Sequence record: DRR378314_160 | Length of the DNA: 61,225 bases | Strand: one strand, 5' to 3' | Part shown: piece after piece, positions 42,194 to 51,293 of the stretch | Layout of the letters: each line of letters starts with the position of its first letter | How positions within the stretch are numbered: position 1 is the stretch's first letter | Position numbers and translations under genes: made by a program | The notes under the pieces: generated by a model | Told to the model about the DNA's origin: nothing | The model's database searches: none | Seen by the model: the letters and a program-made list of their open reading frames with translations, nothing else

Positions 42194-43831
42194 ATGAATC
42201 TAAAGAACAGCCTGGGCCTAAGAGCCAAAATTGCCTTACCTTTCGCAATATCCGCTGTCGCGTTAATCATCATCGGCCTTTTAAGTGTCTTCACGACAAA
42301 AAACCTGGTTTCTGACACAGACACGCTCTCCGAGCGTTACCTTCCCGCCGTGAGCGAAGCGCTCAACGGTGATCGCGATCTTTACCAGGCCCTGGTCGCG
42401 CAAATGTCCTTCATCAGCGCCACGGAAAACAACGAATCCCCGGATCAGCACCGAGCGGACTTCGAGGAAAATGCCGAGCAGGCACTCGAGAGACTGCTGA
42501 AAGCGATTGAACGCTTACGTGGCACTGGCATCACCGAGAAAACCGACAACTTTCGCAATGTCTATGACCGTTGGCTGGAGACTGCCCGGGAGTCCATGCA
42601 GGTTGCTCAGTCAGGAGACCCGACCGCAGGACACGAACTGCTGGTTGAGCAAAGCAGCCCGCTGTTCGGTGAGCTCAGGGGATACTATGACCAGGTGGGT
42701 GTTCACGCCGATGAGCAGGCGCAGATCGTCGCCAACGAAGCGTCCTCGGAGGGGGCTGCGAGTTCGGCCTTTATACTGATCATCACCGCCATTGCGGTCA
42801 TCGCGGGCATCCTCCTGTTTATCGTATTCCTCAGAATGATCATCGAATCCATTAACGTACTGAGGAAGCAACTTGACAACATTGCCCAGGGGGAAGGGGA
42901 CCTGACACAACGCATCCCCGTGGAGATAGACGATGACCTCGGGAAACTGGCCACGAGCTTTAATCACGTTCTGGAAAACCTCCAAACCATGATCGGCTCC
43001 ATCCAGGATCTCAGCAAGCAACTGGGCGTGGGGGCATCCGAGCTCTCCAGTGCAGCCCGCGACAACAGCGACGGGGTAACGCGGCAAACCGACGCCATCT
43101 CCATGGTCGCCACAGCCATCAATGAAATGCAGAGCGCCATCGAAGAGGTGGCGGGCAACGCATCTCGGGCCGCGGACACCACAAAACACGCCCAGGAAAA
43201 AGGCCGCAACGGGGCCACCATCATTCGCAACTCGTCCGTGCAGGTACAGCGACTGGCAGCACAGATTTCCAAGGCCGTAGAGGTGATACGCAAACTGTCA
43301 CAGGACTCGGAGAACATTACCTCGGTGCTGGATGTCATCCGCGAGATTGCGGATCAAACCAACTTGCTGGCCCTCAATGCTGCCATTGAGGCCGCCCGCG
43401 CGGGAGAACAAGGTCGAGGATTCGCAGTTGTCGCCGATGAGGTCCGTACGCTGGCCAAGCGGACCCAACAGTCCACCGAGGACATCCAGACCATGATCAC
43501 CGCACTGCAGACCGGCGTTGCGGATATCGTGGCGGTGATGGAAACCGGCAGCAAAGAGGCCGTGGAAACCGAAAAGCTGGCCACAGAGGCGGAGGCAGAA
43601 CTTCAGGGTATCCTGGAGTCCATGGCGGACATCAGCGACATGAACACGAGCGTCGCCTCCGCCACTGAGGAACAAACCCAGGTGATCGACGAAATCAACC
43701 GCAGCGTAACTGAAATCAACGATTTGGCGTCCGAGAGCATGACGCGCTCAGGCAGCATAGATCGCATTAGCGACTCGCTGGACAGCTACGCCAGGGAGCT
43801 GGAACAGCAGACAGGCCGGTTCAAGGTGTGA
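42194..43831 (+). CDS. Methyl-accepting chemotaxis protein (periplasmic 4-helix-bundle-like sensor, HAMP, signalling domain)
   Basis: Two TMs, [44 protein letters not shown]. Confidence 0.96.
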   Translation: MNLKNSLGLRAKIALPFAISAVALIIIGLLSVFTTKNLVSDTDTLSERYLPAVSEALNGDRDLYQALVAQMSFISATENNESPDQHRADFEENAEQALERLLKAIERLRGTGITEKTDNFRNVYDRWLETARESMQVAQSGDPTAGHELLVEQSSPLFGELRGYYDQVGVHADEQAQIVANEASSEGAASSAFILIITAIAVIAGILLFIVFLRMIIESINVLRKQLDNIAQGEGDLTQRIPVEIDDDLGKLATSFNHVLENLQTMIGSIQDLSKQLGVGASELSSAARDNSDGVTRQTDAISMVATAINEMQSAIEEVAGNASRAADTTKHAQEKGRNGATIIRNSSVQVQRLAAQISKAVEVIRKLSQDSENITSVLDVIREIADQTNLLALNAAIEAARAGEQGRGFAVVADEVRTLAKRTQQSTEDIQTMITALQTGVADIVAVMETGSKEAVETEKLATEAEAELQGILESMADISDMNTSVASATEEQTQVIDEINRSVTEINDLASESMTRSGSIDRISDSLDSYARELEQQTGRFKV

Positions 43832-43843
43832 ACGTCCTGGGGC

Positions 43844-43878
43844 AGCGCGGCCTTCAGCCTATTCCGAACGGCCGCGCT
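43844..43878. terminator. Hairpin between convergent MCP and yceI
   Basis: AGCGCGGCC...GGCCGCGCT inverted repeat; no clear U-tract. Confidence 0.35.
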
Positions 43879-43894
43879 TGGGCACATCTTTGTC

Positions 43895-44476
43895 TTACTG
43901 GCGAATGCCTTCGACAGAAATTATCATCTCGACGGTTTCGGAGGCTTTACCCAAATCCATTGGGATACCGAAATCCGTCAACTTGAATTCGGTTTCGGCT
44001 TCAAATCCCATGCGGTATCCACCCCACGGATCTTCACCGTGACCCAGCATTTCCACGTCCAGGGTGATTTCTTTCGTGACGCCACGCAGGGTCAGGTCAC
44101 CAACGATATCGGCTTCGCCCTCGTCGTCCACAACCACTCTTTTGCTCGTGAAGGTTGCCTCAGGGAACTCGCCCACGTACAGGAAATCCTCCGAACGCAG
44201 GTGCTTGTCGCGCTCGGCGTGGTTGGAGTCAACGCTGGACGTGTCCACGGTGACCTCAACTGAGCTGTTGGCCGGGTTCTCAGCGTCGTACACAAACTCA
44301 CCATCGAAATCGTTGAACCGACCATACAACCAGCTGTAGCCCAGATGGGAAATCTTGAACGTGATGAACTGGTGGGCTCCCTTGGTATCAAAGGCATAGG
44401 TTCCACTGTGCTCAGACGCCAGGACTCCGCCAGACACTGTGAGCGCAACTGCGGATGCAAGCAGCCGTTTTTTCAT
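43895..44476 (-). CDS. yceI: YceI family periplasmic polyisoprenoid-binding protein
   Basis: Signal peptide, HQFITFKISHLGYSWLYGRF, NHAERDKHLRS, GDLTLRGVTK, DPWGGYR; RBS AAGGAG. Confidence 0.93.
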   Translation of the reverse strand: MKKRLLASAVALTVSGGVLASEHSGTYAFDTKGAHQFITFKISHLGYSWLYGRFNDFDGEFVYDAENPANSSVEVTVDTSSVDSNHAERDKHLRSEDFLYVGEFPEATFTSKRVVVDDEGEADIVGDLTLRGVTKEITLDVEMLGHGEDPWGGYRMGFEAETEFKLTDFGIPMDLGKASETVEMIISVEGIRQ

Positions 44477-44529
44477 AGTCATCTCCTTGTTGAAAAAGCC
44501 CGAAGGCACGATTGAATCGGTGATCTGGA

Positions 44530-45090
44530 TTACGGTCGGTGACGATCTGTCCCCAACATACGCCGAAGGGTGTCATCACGGTCAATCAGGTGGTGCTTGA
44601 TGGCAGCCAGGCCATGCAGAGCGGCGAGCACGACAAGTGCCCAGGTAGCCCAGTAATGGATGAGCCCGGCCGTATCCTCCATGCCCTTGATCTGACCTGT
44701 AACCGATGGCACCTCAAACCAGCCGAACACGCTGATCGACGACCCATCCGCCGTCGAAATGAGATACCCACTGACCATGGCAGTGAACATCAATACATAG
44801 AGCAGGAGGTGCGCGCCACGGGCCGCAAGCACTTCCAGCCTGCTGTGATTCGGAAGCGGTTGTGGCTGACGGTTGAACCATCGCCACATCAGGCGTAACA
44901 GCATCACCATCAGCAGCAAAATACCGATACTTCTATGAATATCCGGCCCTGTCCGGTACCAGTCATCGTAGTAGGACAGATCAACCATCCAATAACCCAG
45001 CCCGAAAAGGCCAAACACCGCGATGGCAACCAACCAGTGGACGGCTATGGTTACCACACCAAATCTAGTGTTCGAATTGCGTACCTGCAT
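44530..45090 (-). CDS. yceJ: Cytochrome b561 (YceJ-like)
   Basis: Four TMs with His ligands (VHW, IHRSIG, IHY, LHG), KHH..RDDTL.RM; paired with yceI. Confidence 0.88.
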   Translation of the reverse strand: MQVRNSNTRFGVVTIAVHWLVAIAVFGLFGLGYWMVDLSYYDDWYRTGPDIHRSIGILLLMVMLLRLMWRWFNRQPQPLPNHSRLEVLAARGAHLLLYVLMFTAMVSGYLISTADGSSISVFGWFEVPSVTGQIKGMEDTAGLIHYWATWALVVLAALHGLAAIKHHLIDRDDTLRRMLGTDRHRP

Positions 45091-45187
45091 GATGATCGAC
45101 GTTGCACTCCCTGAAACCGGATATAACCCAGTAACGCAGTGTAGGAAGAGCTTCGCCTAAAACCAATCAAAATGTTTTGGATACAAA

Positions 45188-45204
45188 GGTCAGAATTTCT
45201 GACC
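45188..45204. promoter_or_regulatory. Perfect palindrome, candidate transcription-factor operator
   Basis: GGTCAGAA-T-TTCTGACC in the AT-rich divergent yceJ/EAL intergenic region. Confidence 0.45.
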
Positions 45205-45341
45205 AAGAATGACCTAAGTACTATCCCTTATACCTTTGGTCTGATACGGGTTCTACGGATTGTAGAAAACGATGGGCACGATAAACTTTTTACATACTTC
45301 AATTACCCGCTTCGGGTCACTCACTGAACTAAGGAACAGAC

Positions 45342-45389
45342 ATGGAAATTGAATTCGACGAGTCCGTCGCCGTCCCCAGCAACAACTGA
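45342..45389 (+). CDS. Putative 15-aa small ORF MEIEFDESVAVPSNN
   Basis: TAAGGA Shine-Dalgarno 6 nt before the ATG, mostly C/G-ending codons, TGA stop followed by a GC-rich hairpin. Confidence 0.35.
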   Translation: MEIEFDESVAVPSNN

Positions 45390-45634
45390 TCTCCTGCGGC
45401 GTCCGACGGAGCTGCGGATAGCCGCACCTCCGCATCGTTTACCTGCCGTTGCCTGTTTTTACATGAAATAGTGGTAATAACTTGCTGTTTTTGGCACTCT
45501 TCTGTCTGTGTAAACAATCCTGTTCATTCTGACTGACGCAGCGATCAATTCTCAGTGGAATGCGACTGGATCAACAGATCGGGCTGCCCCCAGGCTTTCC
45601 CGATGTTTTCGTTTATCCGGACCAGAAAAGGCCT

Positions 45635-46930
45635 ATGTCGCGAACCCTCCCAGAGCAGATGACCGCACCGGAAGTTGATGTGCTGTCGCCGATGTTAACC
45701 AGGGAGGGAGAATCTTGGACGGCCGACTACCAGGGCCTGACACTGCGGACCGCGCTGCAGCCCATTTTCAGTATTTCCCACAAACGCGTTGTCGGCTACG
45801 AAGCACTGATTCGCGCCTTTGATCCCGATAATGCCGCCGTACTGCCCCTCCATTTATTTGAATTGCCCAGTTCCGACGCTGAAAACCTGTTGCTCGATCG
45901 CCTGTGCCGATACCTGCATATCCGCAACTATTCCGGATTCCAGGACCAGTTGAACTGGCTGTTTCTGAACGTCTCGCCTCGCGTGGTATCGGCGGGCAAT
46001 CGCGCGGACTCCTTTTTCGGCGAGCTGTTGAAGAAAACGGGCCTGCCACCCCATCGCATCGTAATGGAGATTGTGGAGCAGCCAACAGACGACGCGGAAC
46101 GGCTGCGTGAAACCGTTGCCTACTACCAGCAGTTGGGCTGCCTGACCGCCATCGACGATTTTGGCGCAGGCCACTCTAACTTTGAGCGCATCTGGAACCT
46201 GTCACCGGATATTGTGAAGTTGGACCGAAAGCTACTGACAAGGGCTACCGACGACCATAAAGCCAGACAGATACTCAATGGCATTGTCTCGTTGCTGCAC
46301 CAATCCGGCTGCCTGGTTCTTCTGGAAGGCGTGGAAACGCATGATCAGGCGATGATTGCCATTGATGCCGGTGTCGATTTCGTCCAGGGGTTTTACTTCA
46401 GTAAGCCAAGCACCGCATTGGCGGACATTGCTCACGAACAGACAGACCTGGACGGACTCCTCAAGGACTACAAGAGCAAAAACCGGGTAACGAGAGACCC
46501 AACCCAGCAATTGGTTTCCTTCTTCGAGGATTTTTTCCGCGCCGCCGTGGACAGGCTGGCACAGGGCACCGTTATGAACGAGGCCTGCGAGACACTGTTG
46601 AATCATCCTGCCGTATCACGGTGTTACCTGGTCGACGCCAACGGCGTGCAAATAGACGACACCGTGGTGTCGGACGCCATGGCCCGCAGCCTGGACCCGC
46701 GGTTCCGACCATTGGAGAGCACCACCAGCGCTGACTGGTACAGACAGCAATACCTGCGCCAGGCCATCGCCCAACCCGGCCACGTACAGATAACGGCGCC
46801 CTATCTGTGCATTACCGGCGCCTACATGTGCGTCACCCTGTCCCTGGGCTATTACCACAGGGGCGAATTGCGGGTGCTCTGCTGCGATATTCTCGCCAAC
46901 CCCACCGAAACGACGCTCAGGAAAGGCTGA
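45635..46930 (+). CDS. EAL-domain c-di-GMP phosphodiesterase with C-terminal YkuI_C-like (EAL-associated) domain
   Basis: QPI, YEALIR, LFLNVSP, MEIVE, IDDFGAG, VKLD, EGVE, QGF all intact. Start is 45635 (RBS AAAGG) or 45560. Confidence 0.88.
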   Translation: MSRTLPEQMTAPEVDVLSPMLTREGESWTADYQGLTLRTALQPIFSISHKRVVGYEALIRAFDPDNAAVLPLHLFELPSSDAENLLLDRLCRYLHIRNYSGFQDQLNWLFLNVSPRVVSAGNRADSFFGELLKKTGLPPHRIVMEIVEQPTDDAERLRETVAYYQQLGCLTAIDDFGAGHSNFERIWNLSPDIVKLDRKLLTRATDDHKARQILNGIVSLLHQSGCLVLLEGVETHDQAMIAIDAGVDFVQGFYFSKPSTALADIAHEQTDLDGLLKDYKSKNRVTRDPTQQLVSFFEDFFRAAVDRLAQGTVMNEACETLLNHPAVSRCYLVDANGVQIDDTVVSDAMARSLDPRFRPLESTTSADWYRQQYLRQAIAQPGHVQITAPYLCITGAYMCVTLSLGYYHRGELRVLCCDILANPTETTLRKG

Positions 46931-48692
46931 TCCCGTAAACCACGGAGATGACGCCAACCGTTACCAGCCCAATAAACAGATTCATAGGTAACCCGACCTT
47001 CACGAAGTCCATGAACCGATACCCACCGGGGCCAAACACCATCATGTTGGTCTGGTAACCCAGTGGCGTGGCAAAGCTGGCGGACGCTGCCATCATCACA
47101 GCAATCACGTAGGGCTCTGACGCGATGCCAAGAGCCGCTGTCATTGAGAGCACGATAGGCAGCACCAACACAGCCGCCGCGTTGTTGGTGATCACCTCGG
47201 TCAGCAGAGACACCGCGAAATACACCAACAGAATGGTTAACAGCGGATGGCCGCTGCTGACATCCAGAATCCCCGCCGCTACATAACCCGCAGCCCCGGT
47301 TTCCTGAAGCGCGGCCCCCAGTGCAAAGGAAGCCGCGATGGTGAGCATCACCGGCACATCGACGGCTTTCTGCGCCTGACCTACGGAGCAACACCCGCTG
47401 AGAACCATCAGGGCAGCCCCCATCAGCGCTGCGTTCAGCATGCTCAGGGCCCCGAAGGCGGCAGCGGTTACGAGCACCAACAGAATACCCCAGGACAGAT
47501 AGGCCCGGTCATGACGGGGGGTTTCTGTTTCCAGGTCGTTGATCAGCAGGAAATCCTTGGCGTATCGCTGACGACTGACAAAGGCGGGGCGCGCCTCCAG
47601 CAACAGCACGTCGCCGGTTTTGAGACGAATGTTGCCCAGATTGCCAGACACCCGCTCGCCGCCTCGGGCAACTGCCAGCACCACCGCCCCGTAGCGGTCC
47701 CGGAAACGGGCATCCCGTATGGTCAAGCCCAGCACTTCCGACTGAGGGGACAGCGCGGCCTCAACCAGCCGGCGCTCTGCCCGATCTTTACTCAGGCTCG
47801 GCTCGTCATCGTGTACCGAGGGGACAATTCCGTTGATTCGCAGCAGATCGGAAATAGCCTGGGTATCGCCGGCAAAGACCAGCCGGTCGCCACCTCGCAG
47901 CCGTTCTTCCGAGGGCACTGCCGTGACCACGCTTCCATCCCGCTCGATCTCGACAAGGTACAGCCTCTCAAGTTCGCGCAGCCCGGCCTCTCCGACACTT
48001 TTGCCCACCAAGGGTCCATCAAAGGCAACCGCCACCTCCAGCGTGAACTCCCGCATGGAACCGAATTTCTGCTGGTCCTTCCGGTCCGGCAACGCTCTGG
48101 GCAGGACCAGAAGCATGACGGCCAAGCCAATCACTGCAACCGGCAGCCCAACAGCGGTGATGGAAAAGATTGAGAAACCACCCTCCCCGGTCAATTGCTG
48201 GTACTGGCCATTGACCACCAGGTTGGTGCTGGTACCAATCAGTGTCAGGGTGCCTCCCAGAATGGCGGAGTAACTCAGGGGGATCATCAGTTTCGAAGGC
48301 GATATGCCAATCTTGCGGGACCAGGCATGGACCGCCGGAATCATGGTGGCCACAACAGGGGTATTGTTGAGGAAGCCACTCAGTAATGCGACGGGGAAAG
48401 CGATTCGGGCCTGTGCCGAGCGTACCGTACGGGGAGACCTGAGCAGGTGATGGACAACCAGATCCACCCCACCGGAATGGTGAATGCCCGCCGCCACCAC
48501 GAACATGGCCACCACCGTGATCAACCCGCTGTTACTGAATCCAGCCAGGGCCTGGTCGGCGCTGATAATACCGCTGGCACTGAGAACGATGAGCACGCCC
48601 AGCATGACAAGGTGCGGGCCGAAACGCCCGACACTCATCAATAACAACGCCACACCCGTCAGGCTTAATGCAAACCAGCCCTGCCAATCCAT
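46917..48692 (-). CDS. SLC13/CitMHS-type anion permease with two TrkA-C domains
   Basis: SGFLNNTPVV, GGTLTLIGTSTNL, two TrkA-C repeats, ITNNAAA, FATPLGYQTN. Confidence 0.9.
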   Translation of the reverse strand: MDWQGWFALSLTGVALLLMSVGRFGPHLVMLGVLIVLSASGIISADQALAGFSNSGLITVVAMFVVAAGIHHSGGVDLVVHHLLRSPRTVRSAQARIAFPVALLSGFLNNTPVVATMIPAVHAWSRKIGISPSKLMIPLSYSAILGGTLTLIGTSTNLVVNGQYQQLTGEGGFSIFSITAVGLPVAVIGLAVMLLVLPRALPDRKDQQKFGSMREFTLEVAVAFDGPLVGKSVGEAGLRELERLYLVEIERDGSVVTAVPSEERLRGGDRLVFAGDTQAISDLLRINGIVPSVHDDEPSLSKDRAERRLVEAALSPQSEVLGLTIRDARFRDRYGAVVLAVARGGERVSGNLGNIRLKTGDVLLLEARPAFVSRQRYAKDFLLINDLETETPRHDRAYLSWGILLVLVTAAAFGALSMLNAALMGAALMVLSGCCSVGQAQKAVDVPVMLTIAASFALGAALQETGAAGYVAAGILDVSSGHPLLTILLVYFAVSLLTEVITNNAAAVLVLPIVLSMTAALGIASEPYVIAVMMAASASFATPLGYQTNMMVFGPGGYRFMDFVKVGLPMNLFIGLVTVGVISVVYGISLS

Positions 48693-48792
48693 CTGGTGGT
48701 CCCTTGGATAAAAGGGGCAGGATAACGAGTTTGCCGAAGACTTAGAAAGAATAAAGGATGCTGTTTAAAGCACCAGGAGGAATATGGGAAAA

Positions 48793-50688
48793 TCAGACTT
48801 CAATATCCGCCATATTCCCGTAGGTCTCCAGCCAGGTGCGACGGTCAGATGCGCGCTTTTTACCCAGCAGCATGTCCATGCGGCTGTCGGTATCATCGCC
48901 GTCTTCAATGGTCAGCATCACCAGGCGGCGGGTATCCGGCGCCATCGTCGTCTCGCGCAACTGGAGCGGGTTCATTTCGCCAAGGCCTTTGAAACGGGTG
49001 ACGGAAATCTTGCCGCGACGGTTTTCGGCCGCCAGCCGGTCGATAATGCCCTGCTTTTCGTGCTCATCGAGCGCGTAGAACGTCTCCTTGCCCAAATCGA
49101 CACGATACAGCGGGGGCATGGCAACAAATACGTGGCCGGCAGCAACCACCGGTCGGAAATGTTTGACGAACAGAGCACACAGGAGTGTGGCGATGTGCAG
49201 GCCGTCGGAGTCGGCGTCGGCCAGGATACAGATCTTGTTGTAACGCAGCCCCTCCAGTTTGTCAGAGCCCGGGTCCACCCCAATGGCAACCGCAATATCA
49301 TGGACCTCCTGGGAGGCAAGGATCTCACTGGAGTCCACTTCCCAGGTGTTAAGTATCTTGCCCCGCAGGGGCATCACTGCCTGGAACTCCCGGTCACGGG
49401 CCTGTTTGGCGGAGCCTCCGGCAGAGTCACCCTCTACCAGGAAAAGTTCGGAGCGGTTCGTGTCGCTGCCCGAACAATCTGCCAGCTTGCCGGGCAACGC
49501 CGGGCCGGAAGTCACCTTCTTGCGGGCCACCTTCTTGCTGGCCCGAAGACGGCGCTGGGCATTGCTGATGAACAGCTCGGCCAGTGCTTCGGCAATGTCC
49601 GTGTGCTGATTCAGCCACAAGCTGAACGCGTCCTTGACCACACCGGAAATAAACGCGGCAGCTTCCCGGGAGGACAACCGTTCCTTTGTCTGGCCGGAAA
49701 ACTGGGGTTCCTGCATCTTGAACGACAACACATAGGCGCAGCGTTCCCAGATGTCTTCCGGTGACAGCTTGACGCCTCGTGGCAACAGGTTGCGGAACTC
49801 ACAGAATTCCCTCATGGCCTCAAGCAGGCCGGTACGCAGGCCATTTACATGAGTGCCGCCCTGGGCGGTCGGGATCAGGTTAACGTAGCTCTCCATGACG
49901 GCTTCGCCACCTTCCGGCAGCCATTGGAACGCCCAGTCCACCGCTTCCTTGTTACCGGAAAAGCTGCCGGTGAACGGCTCCAGCGGCACGGCCTCGATGT
50001 CAGCAAGCTCGGTGCGCAGGTAATCCCGCAAACCGCCCTCGTAACACCATTCATCTTTATCGCCGGTGTGCTCTTGCAGGAAGGTCACGTTGAGACCGGG
50101 ACAGAGCACAGCCTTGGCGCGCAGGTTATGACGCAAACGGCTGACGGAAAACTTCGGGCTGTCAAAGTAGCTGGGGTCCGGAGTGAACTTCAGTCGCGTA
50201 CCGGTGTTTCGCTTGCCAACGGTGTCAACAACATTGAGTTCCGTCTCTTTGTGGCCGTTGGCGAAGGTCATTCGGTGCAATTGCCCGTCACGCTTGATGG
50301 AGATCTCAAGATGAGTCGACAGGGCGTTGACCACCGAGACCCCCACCCCGTGCAAACCACCGGAAAAGTTGTAGTTACCCTGGGAGAATTTACCGCCGGC
50401 GTGGAGGCGGGTCAGAATCAGTTCAACACCGGGAACACCATGTTCCTTGTGCATGTCGACCGGCATGCCACGACCATCATCTTCCACGCTCAGGGAACCA
50501 TCGCTGTGCAGGATGACATCGATGCGTCGGGCGTGCCCCGCCAGGGCTTCGTCAACACTGTTATCAATGACTTCCTGGGCCAGATGGTTGGGCCGACTGG
50601 TGTCAGTGTACATGCCCGGGCGTTTGCGGACGGGGTCCAGACCACTCAGAACTTCAATGGCATCGGCGTTGTACTGTTTCTGGCTCAT
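48793..50688 (-). CDS. parE: DNA topoisomerase IV subunit B
   Basis: YNADAIEVLSGLDPVRKRPGMY, EVIDNSVDE, EGDSAGGS, PLRGKILN, ADADSDG; ATG at 50688. Confidence 0.98.
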   Translation of the reverse strand: MSQKQYNADAIEVLSGLDPVRKRPGMYTDTSRPNHLAQEVIDNSVDEALAGHARRIDVILHSDGSLSVEDDGRGMPVDMHKEHGVPGVELILTRLHAGGKFSQGNYNFSGGLHGVGVSVVNALSTHLEISIKRDGQLHRMTFANGHKETELNVVDTVGKRNTGTRLKFTPDPSYFDSPKFSVSRLRHNLRAKAVLCPGLNVTFLQEHTGDKDEWCYEGGLRDYLRTELADIEAVPLEPFTGSFSGNKEAVDWAFQWLPEGGEAVMESYVNLIPTAQGGTHVNGLRTGLLEAMREFCEFRNLLPRGVKLSPEDIWERCAYVLSFKMQEPQFSGQTKERLSSREAAAFISGVVKDAFSLWLNQHTDIAEALAELFISNAQRRLRASKKVARKKVTSGPALPGKLADCSGSDTNRSELFLVEGDSAGGSAKQARDREFQAVMPLRGKILNTWEVDSSEILASQEVHDIAVAIGVDPGSDKLEGLRYNKICILADADSDGLHIATLLCALFVKHFRPVVAAGHVFVAMPPLYRVDLGKETFYALDEHEKQGIIDRLAAENRRGKISVTRFKGLGEMNPLQLRETTMAPDTRRLVMLTIEDGDDTDSRMDMLLGKKRASDRRTWLETYGNMADIEV

Positions 50689-50801
50689 GGGAAGGAAGCG
50701 ACTCCACGGGTTTGTTATAAAGCTGGCCCATAGCTTAGGGATTCGCAAGGAAAGATCAACGGTTGTTTTGTGCTGGTGTGGACCAGCACGCCCCGGCAGG
50801 G

Positions 50802-51293
50802 TTACCGCTTCCTTGCGAAACTTCCGAGGCCCTCGCCCGACACTCGCAACTGCTCCCACTCCTTGGGGCTGATGGCGATCACCGCGCAGGGCGTGGTCAA
50901 CGCCTGAGTCACCATGACGCCTGCGGCAGGCCGCCTTACCTTGATGGTCAACTCCAGAACGTCGTCGATGATCTCCGCGGATTGCAGTGTCAGGCCGTGG
51001 CCGCCCGTGGTTTTCCGCCCCAGGGCCACCAATACTATGTGCTCCTCCGCGAAATCGATGCCGCGAAGCATGCTCAGCGCCAAATTTCCGGAGGGCAGCT
51101 GGGCAATCTTGTTCAGATCTTCGGCATTGGAGACGTACACCAACCCCGGCGCCGTCAGCCCACAGTGATCAGACTCAGTGACCTGCCGCGCCAGTGGCGC
51201 ACCCTCGGCGGTCGCCGTGCGATTGACCGCACAGCCCGTTATCAGGCTCAAGACAAGCAAACAAAACGTTAGCTGCGTAAAACGATAGGTCAA
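50802..51293 (-). CDS. PrcB C-terminal-domain family lipoprotein (protease complex subunit-like)
   Basis: Lipobox ITGC; IDF....VLVALGRKTTGGHGL and TQALTTPCAVIAI resemble PrcB_C motifs; the TTG start overlaps the protease stop. Confidence 0.72.
   Translation of the reverse strand: MTYRFTQLTFCLLVLSLITGCAVNRTATAEGAPLARQVTESDHCGLTAPGLVYVSNAEDLNKIAQLPSGNLALSMLRGIDFAEEHIVLVALGRKTTGGHGLTLQSAEIIDDVLELTIKVRRPAAGVMVTQALTTPCAVIAISPKEWEQLRVSGEGLGSFARKR

Noticed and set aside
45430..45634. Possible c-di-GMP riboswitch or sigma54 promoter upstream of the EAL gene
   Set aside because: No GEMM consensus elements are visible, and the TGGCAC near 45492 lacks a correctly spaced -12 TTGC.
48700..48790. AT-rich ATATTC...TTATTC pattern upstream of the SLC13 permease, suggestive of LysR/CysB control
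   Set aside because: It is too degenerate to support without comparative data.
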